Made by a program: the position numbers and the translations under genes. Shown here piece after piece: positions 26,820 through 36,131 of a stretch of 52,563 nt of DNA; the first letter of the stretch is position 1, and each line of letters opens with the position of its first letter. This stretch comes from a virus. Lineage: Duplodnaviria; Heunggongvirae; Uroviricota; Caudoviricetes. The notes beneath the pieces were generated by a model. That model was not told where the DNA came from. It ran no database searches and saw only the letters and a list, made by a program, of their open reading frames with translations. The stretch lies in IMG/VR virus record IMGVR_UViG_2802428818_000001, positions 1 through 52,563 of that record. One strand, 5' to 3'.

Positions 26820-29800
26820 TATCTGCCCTTTCCTGCGCTGAGCATATTGCCCGGCTTCATCTGACGGGTGATCTCGTCCACGACCACGCCGCGCATGGTG
26901 CCTTCGATCTCGTAGGAGATCTGCTTGGCGAGATCGGCGTTCTGCTCGGGCGTGCCGCCCGATGCGTTGACCGTGACAGGCGCCTGGACCGAGATCGTGT
27001 TGACCTGGCCGGAGCTGTTCATCTGCGTGCCGATCGCCTGCATCTGCTCCTTGGTGAAGATGCCCTCGTCCTTCTTGGCGATGATCGGGATTTCACCCGG
27101 CAGCAGACGACGACCACCGATGGCGTTGGCACCGGAGTGGAACTTCTTGGCGTTCTTGAAGACAGCCGGGTTGACCAGCCGGGTCTGGTGAACACCCTGA
27201 CCGAGAATTGCGCCGACGTGCGCCGAACCGACGGTTGCCTTCGCGAGCTTACCGGCACCACTTGCCTTGGAAGCCTTGCCGCCCGCACCACCTGCAGGAG
27301 CAGCCTTCGGCGCCATCATCGAAGACACCACCTTCTTGAGCATCACGTTGATGATCTGGTTGGCGACCTGCTGAAGCGACTGCATCATACTCTTCAGATC
27401 GCCCGTGCCCGTGATCAGTCCGCTCAGGCCATCGGCCAGCGCGTCCGTCCACTGGGTCGAGGTCTCGGCGAGATTGCCCTGAAGGTCGCCCCACTCCCTC
27501 ATCTGCTTGCCCATTGGATCCTGGGCGGCATATTGCTTGCGGATCGCGGCCTTCTCGGCTTCGAACTGCGCGGTCGCGGCAACATCGAGCTGACCCTGCG
27601 AGCGATAGTAGGCCATCTTGGCGTCGACTTCGGCGAGCTCTTGCTGCATGGCAGCCTGGCGCGCGCCCTGCTCCGTCATCAAGCTACGCTGAAGTTCACG
27701 CGTCTTGGTGTTCGAGTTGGCGACGTCCTGAAGCAGCTCGGTCTGGCCGAACATGGCAAGCGCCTGGCGCTTCTTCTCGATCGCGGCGCGATACTGGTCG
27801 CTATCCTTGTTATAGACGGTCTCGACATCGCGGACATAGGCATCCATGTCCTCGCGAAGCTGCACCAGGCCGGAGCTTTCCAGCCGGACGTTCGGATCTT
27901 TCGCCTTCGCCTTGAGCTGCTCGATCTGGCGCTGAAGCTGAAGCTCCTGCTCCTTGATGTGGACCTCATCGTTTGCGATGTTGCCGGCAGCTTCCTTCTT
28001 GTCGGCGCGCGACTTCTCGGCCGCGTCCAGCTCACGAGCCAGGCGCAGCAGTTCCTTGTTGTTTGCGGTCTCCAGGCTCTTGTCGCCGAACTTGCCGTCA
28101 GCGATCAGCTTGGAGACAGCGCGATAGTTCTTGTCGAGACCGTCGAGGCTTTCCTTGGCCTCGTCGATCATGCGGACCAGCTCGGTCTTTTTCTCGACGC
28201 CGGCCTGCGCCTTGGTGTCGTCGTTGAGCTTGTTCTCTTCTTCCGTCAGGGCAGCCGTAGCCGTCTCAGCGGCCGCTAGAAGCGCGTTGCGCCTCTCGAG
28301 GTAGGCATTCCCCTCGGCGTAGACCGACGCCGTGCTGTCGGTCGCAGACGCGCCAGCAAACGGGTTGGTCGCAGCCTGGTTGATATCGAACGACTTGTTC
28401 ATATCGAAGGCCGGCTGAGCCTCGCCCTTGCCGGTGCCCTTCCACTCGAAGTGCATCGCATCCTTGACCGACTTCCAGTCGCCGCCCCAGGACAGGCCAT
28501 GCTTCGCCGCAAGCTCGCGAATGTTCGCGGGCATGTCGGTGATGAGATTCTTGCCGTATGGGTTTTGACCCGGATTGATGTCGATCGCGTTGCCGAAGGC
28601 GTGCTCGGAGAGCGACTTGCCGCCGACTTTGTTGCGCAGGTTGTAGCCACCCAGCGACTTGATGTTGTAGCCGGAACCGATCAGGTCGTTGAGGAAACCA
28701 CGGAAGGCTTCAGCAGCGGCCTTATGCACCTGCACGGTCATGCCATTGTCGGCCATGATCGAGGTGATGTTGCTTTCCTTCCAGCCAGCCGAACGCGGAT
28801 CGCCGAAGATACCCATGTTCTTCGACATGAGGTTGGCGCCGGACGTCGGCGTGCCAGAGAAGCCCATCATGCCGGCGAGCGGGCCTTTCATGCCGCCTAC
28901 GCCAAGCGCAGCCACGCCGGTGCTCATACCAGCGAAGTCGATACCGTTGACGCCGGTGCCAATGCCGGTGACGATGCCCAGCGTCTTCGACAGCACATCA
29001 TTCAGCGTCGTGATCTTGGTAACGGCCGTCTGGCCGAAGGTCTTGTCGATCGAGTTGCCGAGCGCATCCGTGACGCGGCCCTGGACCGTGAGACCCTGGA
29101 TCGCATCCTGAAGCGCCTTCATGGCCGGCGAGTTCTTGCCGAGACCCTTGTAGGCACCCTCGTCAATCTTGCGCTGGATCTTCTCGCCTTCGGTTAGCTC
29201 TTCGCCGCGGGCCTTCTCCTCGAGCTCCATGCGCTTTTCGACCAGCTTGATGCGGGCGTTTTCAATGTCGCTCTGAAGATCCTTGGCGCCGTCGTTCATT
29301 TCCTCGAGCGCTTCCTTCTTCTTCATCAGAAGAGTGATGCTCTCGGCGAGCTCCTTGACCTGATCGCTGGCCGGGTTGCCGTAGGCACCACGGGCAAGCT
29401 TGGCGAGGAACTCACCCAGCTCGCTATTGCCGCCCTTCAGTTTGTCTTCGAGGCCGGCGACGTCTTCGCTGTAGCGATCGAAGACCTTCTGCAGGTTCTC
29501 AAGCTGCTTGACGCTGTTCGAGGTCGCGCCGACGTCGGGCAAAACACCATCGATGCGGAGCGATGCGGACTTCTCGCGAATGCCGTCCAGGCGCTTCATC
29601 AGCTCATCGAGCTGAAGCTGGCCGGTGAGCTGCATCGGACCCACGCCGTTCTGCGCCCACAGGTCGTTGACGGCTGCCTGCAGACGTTCCTGCTGCGTCC
29701 GGTAGAGCTCCGCGGCATTGTCCATCAGTCGATCGGCGCGTTCCTTCTCGATCGCATCGATGTCGCCGTTCGCAGCCTTGGCAGCCTTGACCTTTTCGTC

Positions 29801-31576
29801 CTGCTCTTCCTGAATATTCTCACGGCGAACCTGATAGGCGCGCTGTTCAGCCGCCTCTTCACGGTCGAGCTCGCGCAGGCGCAGGTCAGCTTCGTTCTTC
29901 GCGTCGGACTCGCCAAGCTTGATACGGGCTTCCTGAAGCTTGAAGCGGTCAGCCTCGAGCTCGGCCGTGCGTGCCGTGATATTGTATTCTTCTTCAAGAC
30001 GCTTGCGCAGTTCGGCACGGCCGGCAGCCTTCGTCTCCTTCGAGCCGAAGAACAAAGTGTTCTTCACTTCGCCGTTAATCGTCTGCATGTCCTTGACGAG
30101 CTGCTGCTGGCGCTTGTCGATGTCCTTCTGAGCGTTGCCCATCTGGTCGCGGGCGAGCTGCCCGAACTCACGCAGAGTCGAGATCGCTTCCCTGCCGCGA
30201 TTACCGAAGACGTCGAATGCGTCGGCGATTTCGTAGATCGCGATGCCGAGGACGCCGGCGACCGGCACCAGACCCATTGCAGCCGAAGCGAGCGCACGCA
30301 GGCCAGTGCGAGCGGCCATCTGCCCAACGCGATCAATACTCTCGTAACCCACGGCCGTGTTGCGCAGCGCGTTTTGATGGGCTGCAAGCATCGTGTTTGC
30401 GTCTGCAAACTTGAGCTTCAGCATATCGAGACCACGGGTCAGCGCGGTGTAGCCGGCGCCAACCGACGACATGATCGAGGCCGCGACCTTGAGACCGACA
30501 ACCCAGGCTGCGAGCTCGGCTGCGTTATAGATCGCAGAGCGGAACTGGATTGCCTTTTCGATAATCGTCTGAAGACCGGTCGCAACGGATGCGAGCGCCT
30601 GGCCAACCTGCTTGGCGAAGACCTGGCCGCCTGGAGAGGCGAGCGCCTGGTTGAACTCGCGGAGCTGGTTGGTCACGGTGTCGAAGAAGCCGCCGACGTT
30701 TGCGTCACCCGTCTTACTGTCTATATCGCCGATGATCTGGGCGAACTGCTGAAGCTCGGTGCGCGTGCGGGCCATCTGACCGGAGAAGGTCTGCATCATG
30801 CGCGAGGCAGAGCCACCGAACGAACGGTCAAGCTCGGCGTAGAAGGCATCGAGCGACGGCTTGGCGGCCATGCGGCCCGTCGAAATGTGCTTGATGAGCT
30901 GGGCCATTGAGACGCCCATGGAAGCGGCCATCAGGGTCATCGCCTGCGGCATCGACTCGCCGATCTGCTGGCGCAGTTCTTCCATCTGAATGACGCCCTT
31001 GCCCGACGCCTGGGAGATACCGAGAACGGTGCGCTCAAGGGACTGACCGTCACCGCCGAAGGCCGCAACGCCGTCGAGGATCGACTGCAGCGAGCCCTTC
31101 ATCGGGTCCGTGCCGGTCGCCTTCAACTTGGTGAAGGACGCAGTGAGATTGTCGAGGCTGAAGGGAGCTTCCTTTGCCATATCGACAAGGTTCTGAACCT
31201 GGCTGGCCGCATCTGCGACCGGATCTGCGGCGTCAGACATCGAGCGCAGCATCATGTTGAGGCGCTGAAACTCCGCATTGGTGCGAACGACAGCACCTAC
31301 CCAGGTATCCTGAATATTGATGATCTTGTTGAAGCCGACAGAGACGGCCGTGGTGACGATCGACACGTCGCGGAGAGTGGACAGGAAGCCTTGGCCGGCT
31401 TCCCGCGACTTCTCCATCGAGCGGATAACGAGCTGGCCATCCTGGGCCATCCTGCGCAGGACCGGCGAGGAACGCGATACGTTTCGGTTGAACTGTTCGA
31501 TCGTCTCGCCGGCGTGCAGCATGCGCGTCGTGAACGAGCCATCCACAAGTTCAAGTTCAACCTTAATCGCAGTCAT
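26819..31576 (-). CDS. Tape measure protein with internal M15 peptidase domain
   Basis: 1585 aa, tape-measure domain (ASGKGVIQMEELRQQIGE), coiled coils, SEHAFGNAIDIN...WGGDW..KDAMHFE M15 motif near 28441-28745. Confidence 0.92.
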   Translation of the reverse strand: MTAIKVELELVDGSFTTRMLHAGETIEQFNRNVSRSSPVLRRMAQDGQLVIRSMEKSREAGQGFLSTLRDVSIVTTAVSVGFNKIINIQDTWVGAVVRTNAEFQRLNMMLRSMSDAADPVADAASQVQNLVDMAKEAPFSLDNLTASFTKLKATGTDPMKGSLQSILDGVAAFGGDGQSLERTVLGISQASGKGVIQMEELRQQIGESMPQAMTLMAASMGVSMAQLIKHISTGRMAAKPSLDAFYAELDRSFGGSASRMMQTFSGQMARTRTELQQFAQIIGDIDSKTGDANVGGFFDTVTNQLREFNQALASPGGQVFAKQVGQALASVATGLQTIIEKAIQFRSAIYNAAELAAWVVGLKVAASIMSSVGAGYTALTRGLDMLKLKFADANTMLAAHQNALRNTAVGYESIDRVGQMAARTGLRALASAAMGLVPVAGVLGIAIYEIADAFDVFGNRGREAISTLREFGQLARDQMGNAQKDIDKRQQQLVKDMQTINGEVKNTLFFGSKETKAAGRAELRKRLEEEYNITARTAELEADRFKLQEARIKLGESDAKNEADLRLRELDREEAAEQRAYQVRRENIQEEQDEKVKAAKAANGDIDAIEKERADRLMDNAAELYRTQQERLQAAVNDLWAQNGVGPMQLTGQLQLDELMKRLDGIREKSASLRIDGVLPDVGATSNSVKQLENLQKVFDRYSEDVAGLEDKLKGGNSELGEFLAKLARGAYGNPASDQVKELAESITLLMKKKEALEEMNDGAKDLQSDIENARIKLVEKRMELEEKARGEELTEGEKIQRKIDEGAYKGLGKNSPAMKALQDAIQGLTVQGRVTDALGNSIDKTFGQTAVTKITTLNDVLSKTLGIVTGIGTGVNGIDFAGMSTGVAALGVGGMKGPLAGMMGFSGTPTSGANLMSKNMGIFGDPRSAGWKESNITSIMADNGMTVQVHKAAAEAFRGFLNDLIGSGYNIKSLGGYNLRNKVGGKSLSEHAFGNAIDINPGQNPYGKNLITDMPANIRELAAKHGLSWGGDWKSVKDAMHFEWKGTGKGEAQPAFDMNKSFDINQAATNPFAGASATDSTASVYAEGNAYLERRNALLAAAETATAALTEEENKLNDDTKAQAGVEKKTELVRMIDEAKESLDGLDKNYRAVSKLIADGKFGDKSLETANNKELLRLARELDAAEKSRADKKEAAGNIANDEVHIKEQELQLQRQIEQLKAKAKDPNVRLESSGLVQLREDMDAYVRDVETVYNKDSDQYRAAIEKKRQALAMFGQTELLQDVANSNTKTRELQRSLMTEQGARQAAMQQELAEVDAKMAYYRSQGQLDVAATAQFEAEKAAIRKQYAAQDPMGKQMREWGDLQGNLAETSTQWTDALADGLSGLITGTGDLKSMMQSLQQVANQIINVMLKKVVSSMMAPKAAPAGGAGGKASKASGAGKLAKATVGSAHVGAILGQGVHQTRLVNPAVFKNAKKFHSGANAIGGRRLLPGEIPIIAKKDEGIFTKEQMQAIGTQMNSSGQVNTISVQAPVTVNASGGTPEQNADLAKQISYEIEGTMRGVVVDEITRQMKPGNMLSAGKGR

Positions 31577-31587
31577 TCATTCCTCAC

Positions 31588-31605
31588 TAAATCAATGTTG
31601 ATTTA
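31588..31605. promoter_or_regulatory. 18-bp palindrome, copy 10
   Basis: TAAATCAATGTTGATTTA, overlaps the chaperone stop codon. Confidence 0.8.
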
Positions 31606-31974
31606 TCGACCATTGCGCAAGATGCTGGCCCTCAGACTTTCGAGCTTGTCTCGCTCAAAGGCGGGATCAGGCTCATTCTCGTTGCTCGTGTTGACATCAA
31701 GCGCCTGCGAAACCGGCTGGTAGACCAAGATCTGCCCGAGGGCTTCGTCCAGGCGCTCCTGAAGCTTCTTGACGCCTTCCTGGCTGGTCACGCCTGCCAG
31801 AAGGTGCAATTGCCGGAGATCCTGTTCGGCTCTGATGCGATCGACCTGTCGGTGATAGAACCAGAACCGCTTCATCGGCATCTTCACGAGCTCGTCGTGA
31901 GCGAAGCCGAAAACTGCAATCACCCTGGCGAAGTAAAATCCGAAATCGACGGACTTCAGCTCGCCTTGGGTGCG
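31603..31974 (-). CDS. Tail assembly chaperone, frameshifted C-terminal part (lambda T-like)
   Basis: Reading frame is open from the GGGAAAC slippery site (31980-31974) in the -1 frame and continues into the 31923-31603 ORF. Confidence 0.8.
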   Translation of the reverse strand, partial: RTQGELKSVDFGFYFARVIAVFGFAHDELVKMPMKRFWFYHRQVDRIRAEQDLRQLHLLAGVTSQEGVKKLQERLDEALGQILVYQPVSQALDVNTSNENEPDPAFERDKLESLRASILRNGR

Positions 31975-32312
31975 TTTCCCTCGGCGCCCTCGCCGGCCGG
32001 CTTGACCTCTTCGGCCTTCTCGCCGTTTGCGGTCATGACGAAGTCGCGGATCTTGTGGAGCTGGGAGAGCTTCAGTTTGCGCAGCTCTTCTTCCGGGATG
32101 GTCGGAAGGGTGCGCTGGATAATCGACAGTGAAACCTCGAGCTCCTTCTCGACGGACGCGCCGACGGACAGGCTTTCGATGGCGCGAGCGGTGGCAATGA
32201 AGTCGCTCACATTGGTTTCGACGACCTTATGCTCTTTGCCGTTGAGCTTGATGGTGAAGTCGACAGGCGACTCGATGGCATCCAGGTCGAGATAGACGGG
32301 TTCAACAGACAT
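31956..32312 (-). CDS. Tail assembly chaperone (lambda G-like)
   Basis: Lies between major tail and tape measure genes; slippery heptamer near its 3' end. Confidence 0.85.
   Translation of the reverse strand: MSVEPVYLDLDAIESPVDFTIKLNGKEHKVVETNVSDFIATARAIESLSVGASVEKELEVSLSIIQRTLPTIPEEELRKLKLSQLHKIRDFVMTANGEKAEEVKPAGEGAEGNAPKAS
31974..31980 (-). other. Programmed -1 ribosomal frameshift site G GGA AAC
   Basis: X XXY YYZ heptamer in the correct phase; the -1 frame joins the downstream ORF. Confidence 0.8.
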
Positions 32313-32337
32313 GCTGGGGTTTCATCCTTCTGAAACG

Positions 32338-32371
32338 AAAAAGACTTACTGGACGAAAAATCCAGTAAGTC
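32338..32371 (-). terminator. Intrinsic terminator after the major tail gene; stem overlaps an 18-bp palindrome
   Basis: GACTTACTGGA-cgaaaaa-TCCAGTAAGTC with A5 (U-tract on - strand). Confidence 0.7.
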
Positions 32372-32383
32372 AATTTTGATTTA
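32366..32383. promoter_or_regulatory. 18-bp palindrome, copy 11
   Basis: TAAGTCAATTTTGATTTA. Confidence 0.8.
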
Positions 32384-32405
32384 CTTTGCGGAGCAAAGCA
32401 AGAGG

Positions 32406-33239
32406 TTATGCAGCAGCAGCTTCGTCGCCGACCGCAAAAAGACGACCCGAGGCGTCAGCGTAGCCCTTGAAGACCACGTTGAAGATGCGCTCCTGGTCCG
32501 TCTGGTAGGCGAACTGGATGGCGCCGGAGGTCATCGCCTTGAAGATCGTGAAGTCGTCGCGGGCATCGAGAGCACCCTTCGGACGCAGAACGAGCTTCTT
32601 GGCGAGCTTGATCAGCGAAATGTTGGTGCCGGTTTCGACAACAACCTTGGCCTTCGTCGCATCGACACCACCGGCCATGCCGACGGTCGTGATGTTGGCA
32701 GACGTGACGGCCGTCTTGGTGACAGCGACGTTGCCAGAAATGCCGCGGGTGTTGGCTTCCAGCGTAACGACAGCAGCAGCGGCCGTGGCCGTAATGCCGA
32801 TCGAAGCGTTGTTGATCGCAGCAGCGAGGGCGGCAGCGGCAGCGCTGATCGTGGCCGGGATAGCCATATCGCGGGAGCCGGTCGGGACCGTCTTGAAGGT
32901 GAAGTCGAGACCGTCAATCGTAACCTTGTCGCCGTTGACCGGAGCAGAGGTCGAGAAGGTCACGGTGCCGGTTGCCTTGACGCCGTCGGAGACGAGCGTG
33001 GAGCCCGGCATGACGCGCGCAAGGTTTTCGAGGGTCGTTTCCGCCATCGGGATCGTCACCTGGACCGTGCGGCCCGTGATGATTTCGTCGATCGGGGTTT
33101 CGCCCATCTGGTCCACGGTAACTTCGTGGGTGTTGGTCTGAACTTCGACTTCAACGCCACCCTTGGTGTAGCCAAGGTCGGCAGAGTCGAACAGGGCGGT
33201 GCAGACGCCCAGCTTCACGTTCTCGGTATTCGAAGGCAT
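32406..33239 (-). CDS. Major tail (tube) protein with internal Ig-like insert
   Basis: DLGYTKGGVEVEV, VDQMGET, TVQVTIPMAE, AYQTDQERIFNVVFKGY; SD GAGGAG before 33239. Confidence 0.88.
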   Translation of the reverse strand: MPSNTENVKLGVCTALFDSADLGYTKGGVEVEVQTNTHEVTVDQMGETPIDEIITGRTVQVTIPMAETTLENLARVMPGSTLVSDGVKATGTVTFSTSAPVNGDKVTIDGLDFTFKTVPTGSRDMAIPATISAAAAALAAAINNASIGITATAAAAVVTLEANTRGISGNVAVTKTAVTSANITTVGMAGGVDATKAKVVVETGTNISLIKLAKKLVLRPKGALDARDDFTIFKAMTSGAIQFAYQTDQERIFNVVFKGYADASGRLFAVGDEAAAA

Positions 33240-33270
33240 TGTGATTTCTCCTCTACGTGGCCGTCGATAG

Positions 33271-33288
33271 TCAGTCAAAATTGATTGA
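33271..33288. promoter_or_regulatory. 18-bp palindrome, copy 12
   Basis: TCAGTCAAAATTGATTGA. Confidence 0.8.
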
Positions 33289-33293
33289 CTGTT

Positions 33294-33323
33294 ATTCTAC
33301 AGGCAACAAAAGGCCGTAGTCAA
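33294..33323 (-). promoter_or_regulatory. sigma70-like promoter of the major tail gene
   Basis: TTGACT-N18-TAGAAT; -35 lies inside copy 13 and the start region is covered by copy 12. Confidence 0.6.
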
Positions 33324-33337
33324 TCAATAATGATTGA
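33320..33337. promoter_or_regulatory. 18-bp palindrome, copy 13
   Basis: TCAATCAATAATGATTGA. Confidence 0.8.
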
Positions 33338-33376
33338 CTAACGACCCGACTTTGACTAGAGCTGTTCGATTGGTCT

Positions 33377-33787
33377 TCAGAGCGGCTTCAGCGTGAAGGC
33401 CGTCTGGAAGTTGATCGACCATTCCGTGAGATTGCCGATGTTTGCCGGGAACTGGATCGGCAGGCTCTTCGGGTGAAACACCTTCAGATGCACCCTGCCC
33501 CGCTCCTCGTTCTCCGCGTAGATCTCCTCGGTCACGATCGTCAAAGCCTTCATCACCTGGTCAGCCAGCTTGCGGCCGTCCGAGACCTTGTTATGCCGCA
33601 CGATCACCTTCAGGTTCGGCTTGTAGAAGTCCGGCAGGTTCGGATCCACTCTGATGCCGTCGAGCGGCTCGAAGAGCCCGATTGCCACCTCGGCATCGGC
33701 CGGCATCGTCGAACGGAAGATGGTCTCGCCGGCCACACCGAGGTTTGCATCCACGAGCTTCTTCACAATGATATCCCAGATCATCAA
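33377..33787 (-). CDS. Tail terminator / minor capsid-type connector protein
   Basis: Position upstream of the major tail gene; IFRSTMP...VIVRH...EWSINF. Confidence 0.7.
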   Translation of the reverse strand: MMIWDIIVKKLVDANLGVAGETIFRSTMPADAEVAIGLFEPLDGIRVDPNLPDFYKPNLKVIVRHNKVSDGRKLADQVMKALTIVTEEIYAENEERGRVHLKVFHPKSLPIQFPANIGNLTEWSINFQTAFTLKPL

Positions 33788-34215
33788 TCAATCACCTCTG
33801 TTACGGCAGCAACCATGCGCTCGTTGAGCTTCTTCTCTTCAGCTTCGGCAGCGCGCGTCAGAAAGCCTGGTCCGACTTCCTCATCCTGGCTGGCGTTCTT
33901 CTCGGCCGATTTCGGGCCAAGCTCATATTCGCCCTCGTGCATGTAGGTCGCGTAGTCCTCGACCCTGACACCGTTGACGACCGGCGCAATCTCGATGTCG
34001 ATCGCCAGTCGCTTGCGCCGCCCCTCGTAGCCGATCTTCTTCTGAATGGCCTCTTCGAGATTGTGCTTATCGACTGGCGCCATCTTCTTTGCGGTCTCGA
34101 CAATGCGATCGGCAGCCGCGTGCATCGTCTTACGGGCGTTGTCATGCACCCGGTCGCCGATGCTGCGGAGCTTCAGGACCGTCTGTCTGACACCCGTCAC
34201 CTTCATTTCGATCAT
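33784..34215 (-). CDS. HK97 gp10-like neck protein
   Basis: AKKMAPVD..NLE..I, YATYMHEG, GPGFLTRA. Confidence 0.8.
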   Translation of the reverse strand: MIEMKVTGVRQTVLKLRSIGDRVHDNARKTMHAAADRIVETAKKMAPVDKHNLEEAIQKKIGYEGRRKRLAIDIEIAPVVNGVRVEDYATYMHEGEYELGPKSAEKNASQDEEVGPGFLTRAAEAEEKKLNERMVAAVTEVID

Positions 34216-34553
34216 GGCCGGACGAACTCCAAGAACACCTCGTAGTGATCGAAGCCACCAAAGACGGTGAAGCGCGGATGCGAGCCGGTGACGCGAAAGA
34301 CTGCGCCATCGAGCGTGATCAGGTCATCGACTGCGGTCTCGATCTTGGTCAGGATCTTGCCATGTTCAGCGACGAGCTCGTCAGCCTGGCCGCGTGAGGC
34401 CGAGCTGTCGGAGCGCACCGAGGTCTTCTGGGCGTTGGTCGCGAGATTGACGATCGCCAGCGCAATAGCGGTCGGCTCGCCGTAGATCTCCTCGCCATCG
34501 AGGTTGCGGCCCGCCTTCTTTGTCAGCGAGCCCGTGCGGTTAGGCATGAACAT
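34212..34553 (-). CDS. Head closure / head-tail adaptor
   Basis: Position and size; beta-rich C-terminus (DDLITLDGAVFRV...DHYEV). Confidence 0.65.
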   Translation of the reverse strand: MFMPNRTGSLTKKAGRNLDGEEIYGEPTAIALAIVNLATNAQKTSVRSDSSASRGQADELVAEHGKILTKIETAVDDLITLDGAVFRVTGSHPRFTVFGGFDHYEVFLEFVRP

Positions 34554-35301
34554 CGGCGTTCTCCATCTTGAGCCAGGCGTTTGCGTTCGGGTGAAAGACT
34601 TGCTCGCGGATCTCCGAATAGGTCGGAAATTCTGTGCTCGACGACAGTGCGATCACCATGCCGTCGTAATCTGCCTTCGGTGAGTGATGCTCGACGACTG
34701 CGCGCTCGAGGCCGTGTTCGGCCAGCGTGAAGAGGACGATTTCGTTATAGACGGACAGAAGAGTCTGCCGGTAGATCGAGCGGATGAACGTCTTCGACTC
34801 CCACTTGCGCGACGCCTTGTCGTGGAAGAAGAAGTCGATATCGCTCTTGTTGCCGACCATGTATTCGATCATGGCTGCGCGCTGGGATCGACCGGACGCA
34901 CGAGCAGCCAGCGACACTTCCAAACGCACCCGCTGAATCGATTTTCGCATTGTCGCGATGTCACGCGATGCTTGCGCTAGAAGTTCGTCATAGAGATAGT
35001 CAGCAGACACGCGCAGATGCGCGAGAGCTTCGTCCGACAGATTTTCTGTGTCGTTGCTCGCAATTTCTTCAATCGTCGCTGTGCGCGCAATCTCAGCGAT
35101 TTCATCGATCGTATCGGGAACGAGCTGCGCCTCCTGCTTCAGAAAGGTGATGACGAGCTCGCCGGCCTGCCTGACCGCTTCGCTGTCATCGAGCTTCTGG
35201 CTGTTCAGCGCGTTGCGGTAGATGGTGCGCAGACTGTCGGTGAACATCGCATAGCGGGCGCTCGCCTGGGCAGCGAGCTCCGTCAGATGATTGCAGATCA
35301 T
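34540..35301 (-). CDS. Phage head/neck-associated hypothetical protein
   Basis: 253 aa helical protein within the head-tail operon; FHPNA near C-terminus. Confidence 0.6.
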   Translation of the reverse strand: MICNHLTELAAQASARYAMFTDSLRTIYRNALNSQKLDDSEAVRQAGELVITFLKQEAQLVPDTIDEIAEIARTATIEEIASNDTENLSDEALAHLRVSADYLYDELLAQASRDIATMRKSIQRVRLEVSLAARASGRSQRAAMIEYMVGNKSDIDFFFHDKASRKWESKTFIRSIYRQTLLSVYNEIVLFTLAEHGLERAVVEHHSPKADYDGMVIALSSSTEFPTYSEIREQVFHPNANAWLKMENADVHA

Positions 35302-36128
35302 GCGCGCGTGATCCTGACGTTGTAGTAGACGTAGCCGGCGAGCGCTCGCAGCGCTTCGCTGGAAACGCCGAGCTCGAGCTTCCCACCGCGCAGCATGATG
35401 GAGCTTTCGCCGACGGTCTCCGAAATGATGCCGGCGCGGTGACGTTGAGCGATCGGATCGTCGGTGAGCACCTGGTTGGCCTCGAGGAGTTGGGCAGTCC
35501 GGAGTGCCTTGCGGAAGTCGGCCGGCATTGCCAGGAAGTCTTGCTTGGTGAAGCGGTTGTCCCAGTCGCCAGGCTTGATCACCACGTCCCAGGGCGAGAG
35601 CTGCCCGTGCGCGAGGTATGGATGAATGGTCGTCGCCTCGTCTTCTTCCTTCGGCTTGCAGTAGCGGAGCTGCACGCGCGAAAGCCTGGAATAGGCGTTG
35701 ATGAGGGCGGCGCGCTTCTTGTCGTCGTCAGCGGCAGACCAGGCTTTGAGCTGCGGATTGTCGCGCGCCAGGACTTCGGCCGCCTCGAGCGTCAGGAAGG
35801 TATTGTTCAGGATCTCGAGGCGACTTTCGGCCTCGATGATAAAGGAGATCGTCTGGCGCACCGGCACTATGTCGGTTGCCAGATCGACGCGCAGGATACG
35901 CGCCTCGGAAAGCTCGCCCTCCCCGAGAACGTTGTCTTCGGCCGGCACAGTGACCGTGACCTTGCCGTCGGCAAGATCAAAGGCGATCTGGCCGTAGTTG
36001 GCAATCTCGACATCATCACCGTTGAAGAGCGCAGCCGTGACAGCCGTCACGACAAGCGGAGCGCCGTTCGGATCGGTGAAGAGGACGTCGATCGCGACAT
36101 CGTAGTTCTCGGGGTAGAGCTTCATCAT
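35298..36128 (-). CDS. Head-tail connector (adaptor) protein
   Basis: N-terminal beta domain then F.TLEAAE...AW.AADDDKKRAALINA...SETVGESS adaptor pattern. Confidence 0.7.
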   Translation of the reverse strand: MMKLYPENYDVAIDVLFTDPNGAPLVVTAVTAALFNGDDVEIANYGQIAFDLADGKVTVTVPAEDNVLGEGELSEARILRVDLATDIVPVRQTISFIIEAESRLEILNNTFLTLEAAEVLARDNPQLKAWSAADDDKKRAALINAYSRLSRVQLRYCKPKEEDEATTIHPYLAHGQLSPWDVVIKPGDWDNRFTKQDFLAMPADFRKALRTAQLLEANQVLTDDPIAQRHRAGIISETVGESSIMLRGGKLELGVSSEALRALAGYVYYNVRITRA

Positions 36129-36131
36129 GGC

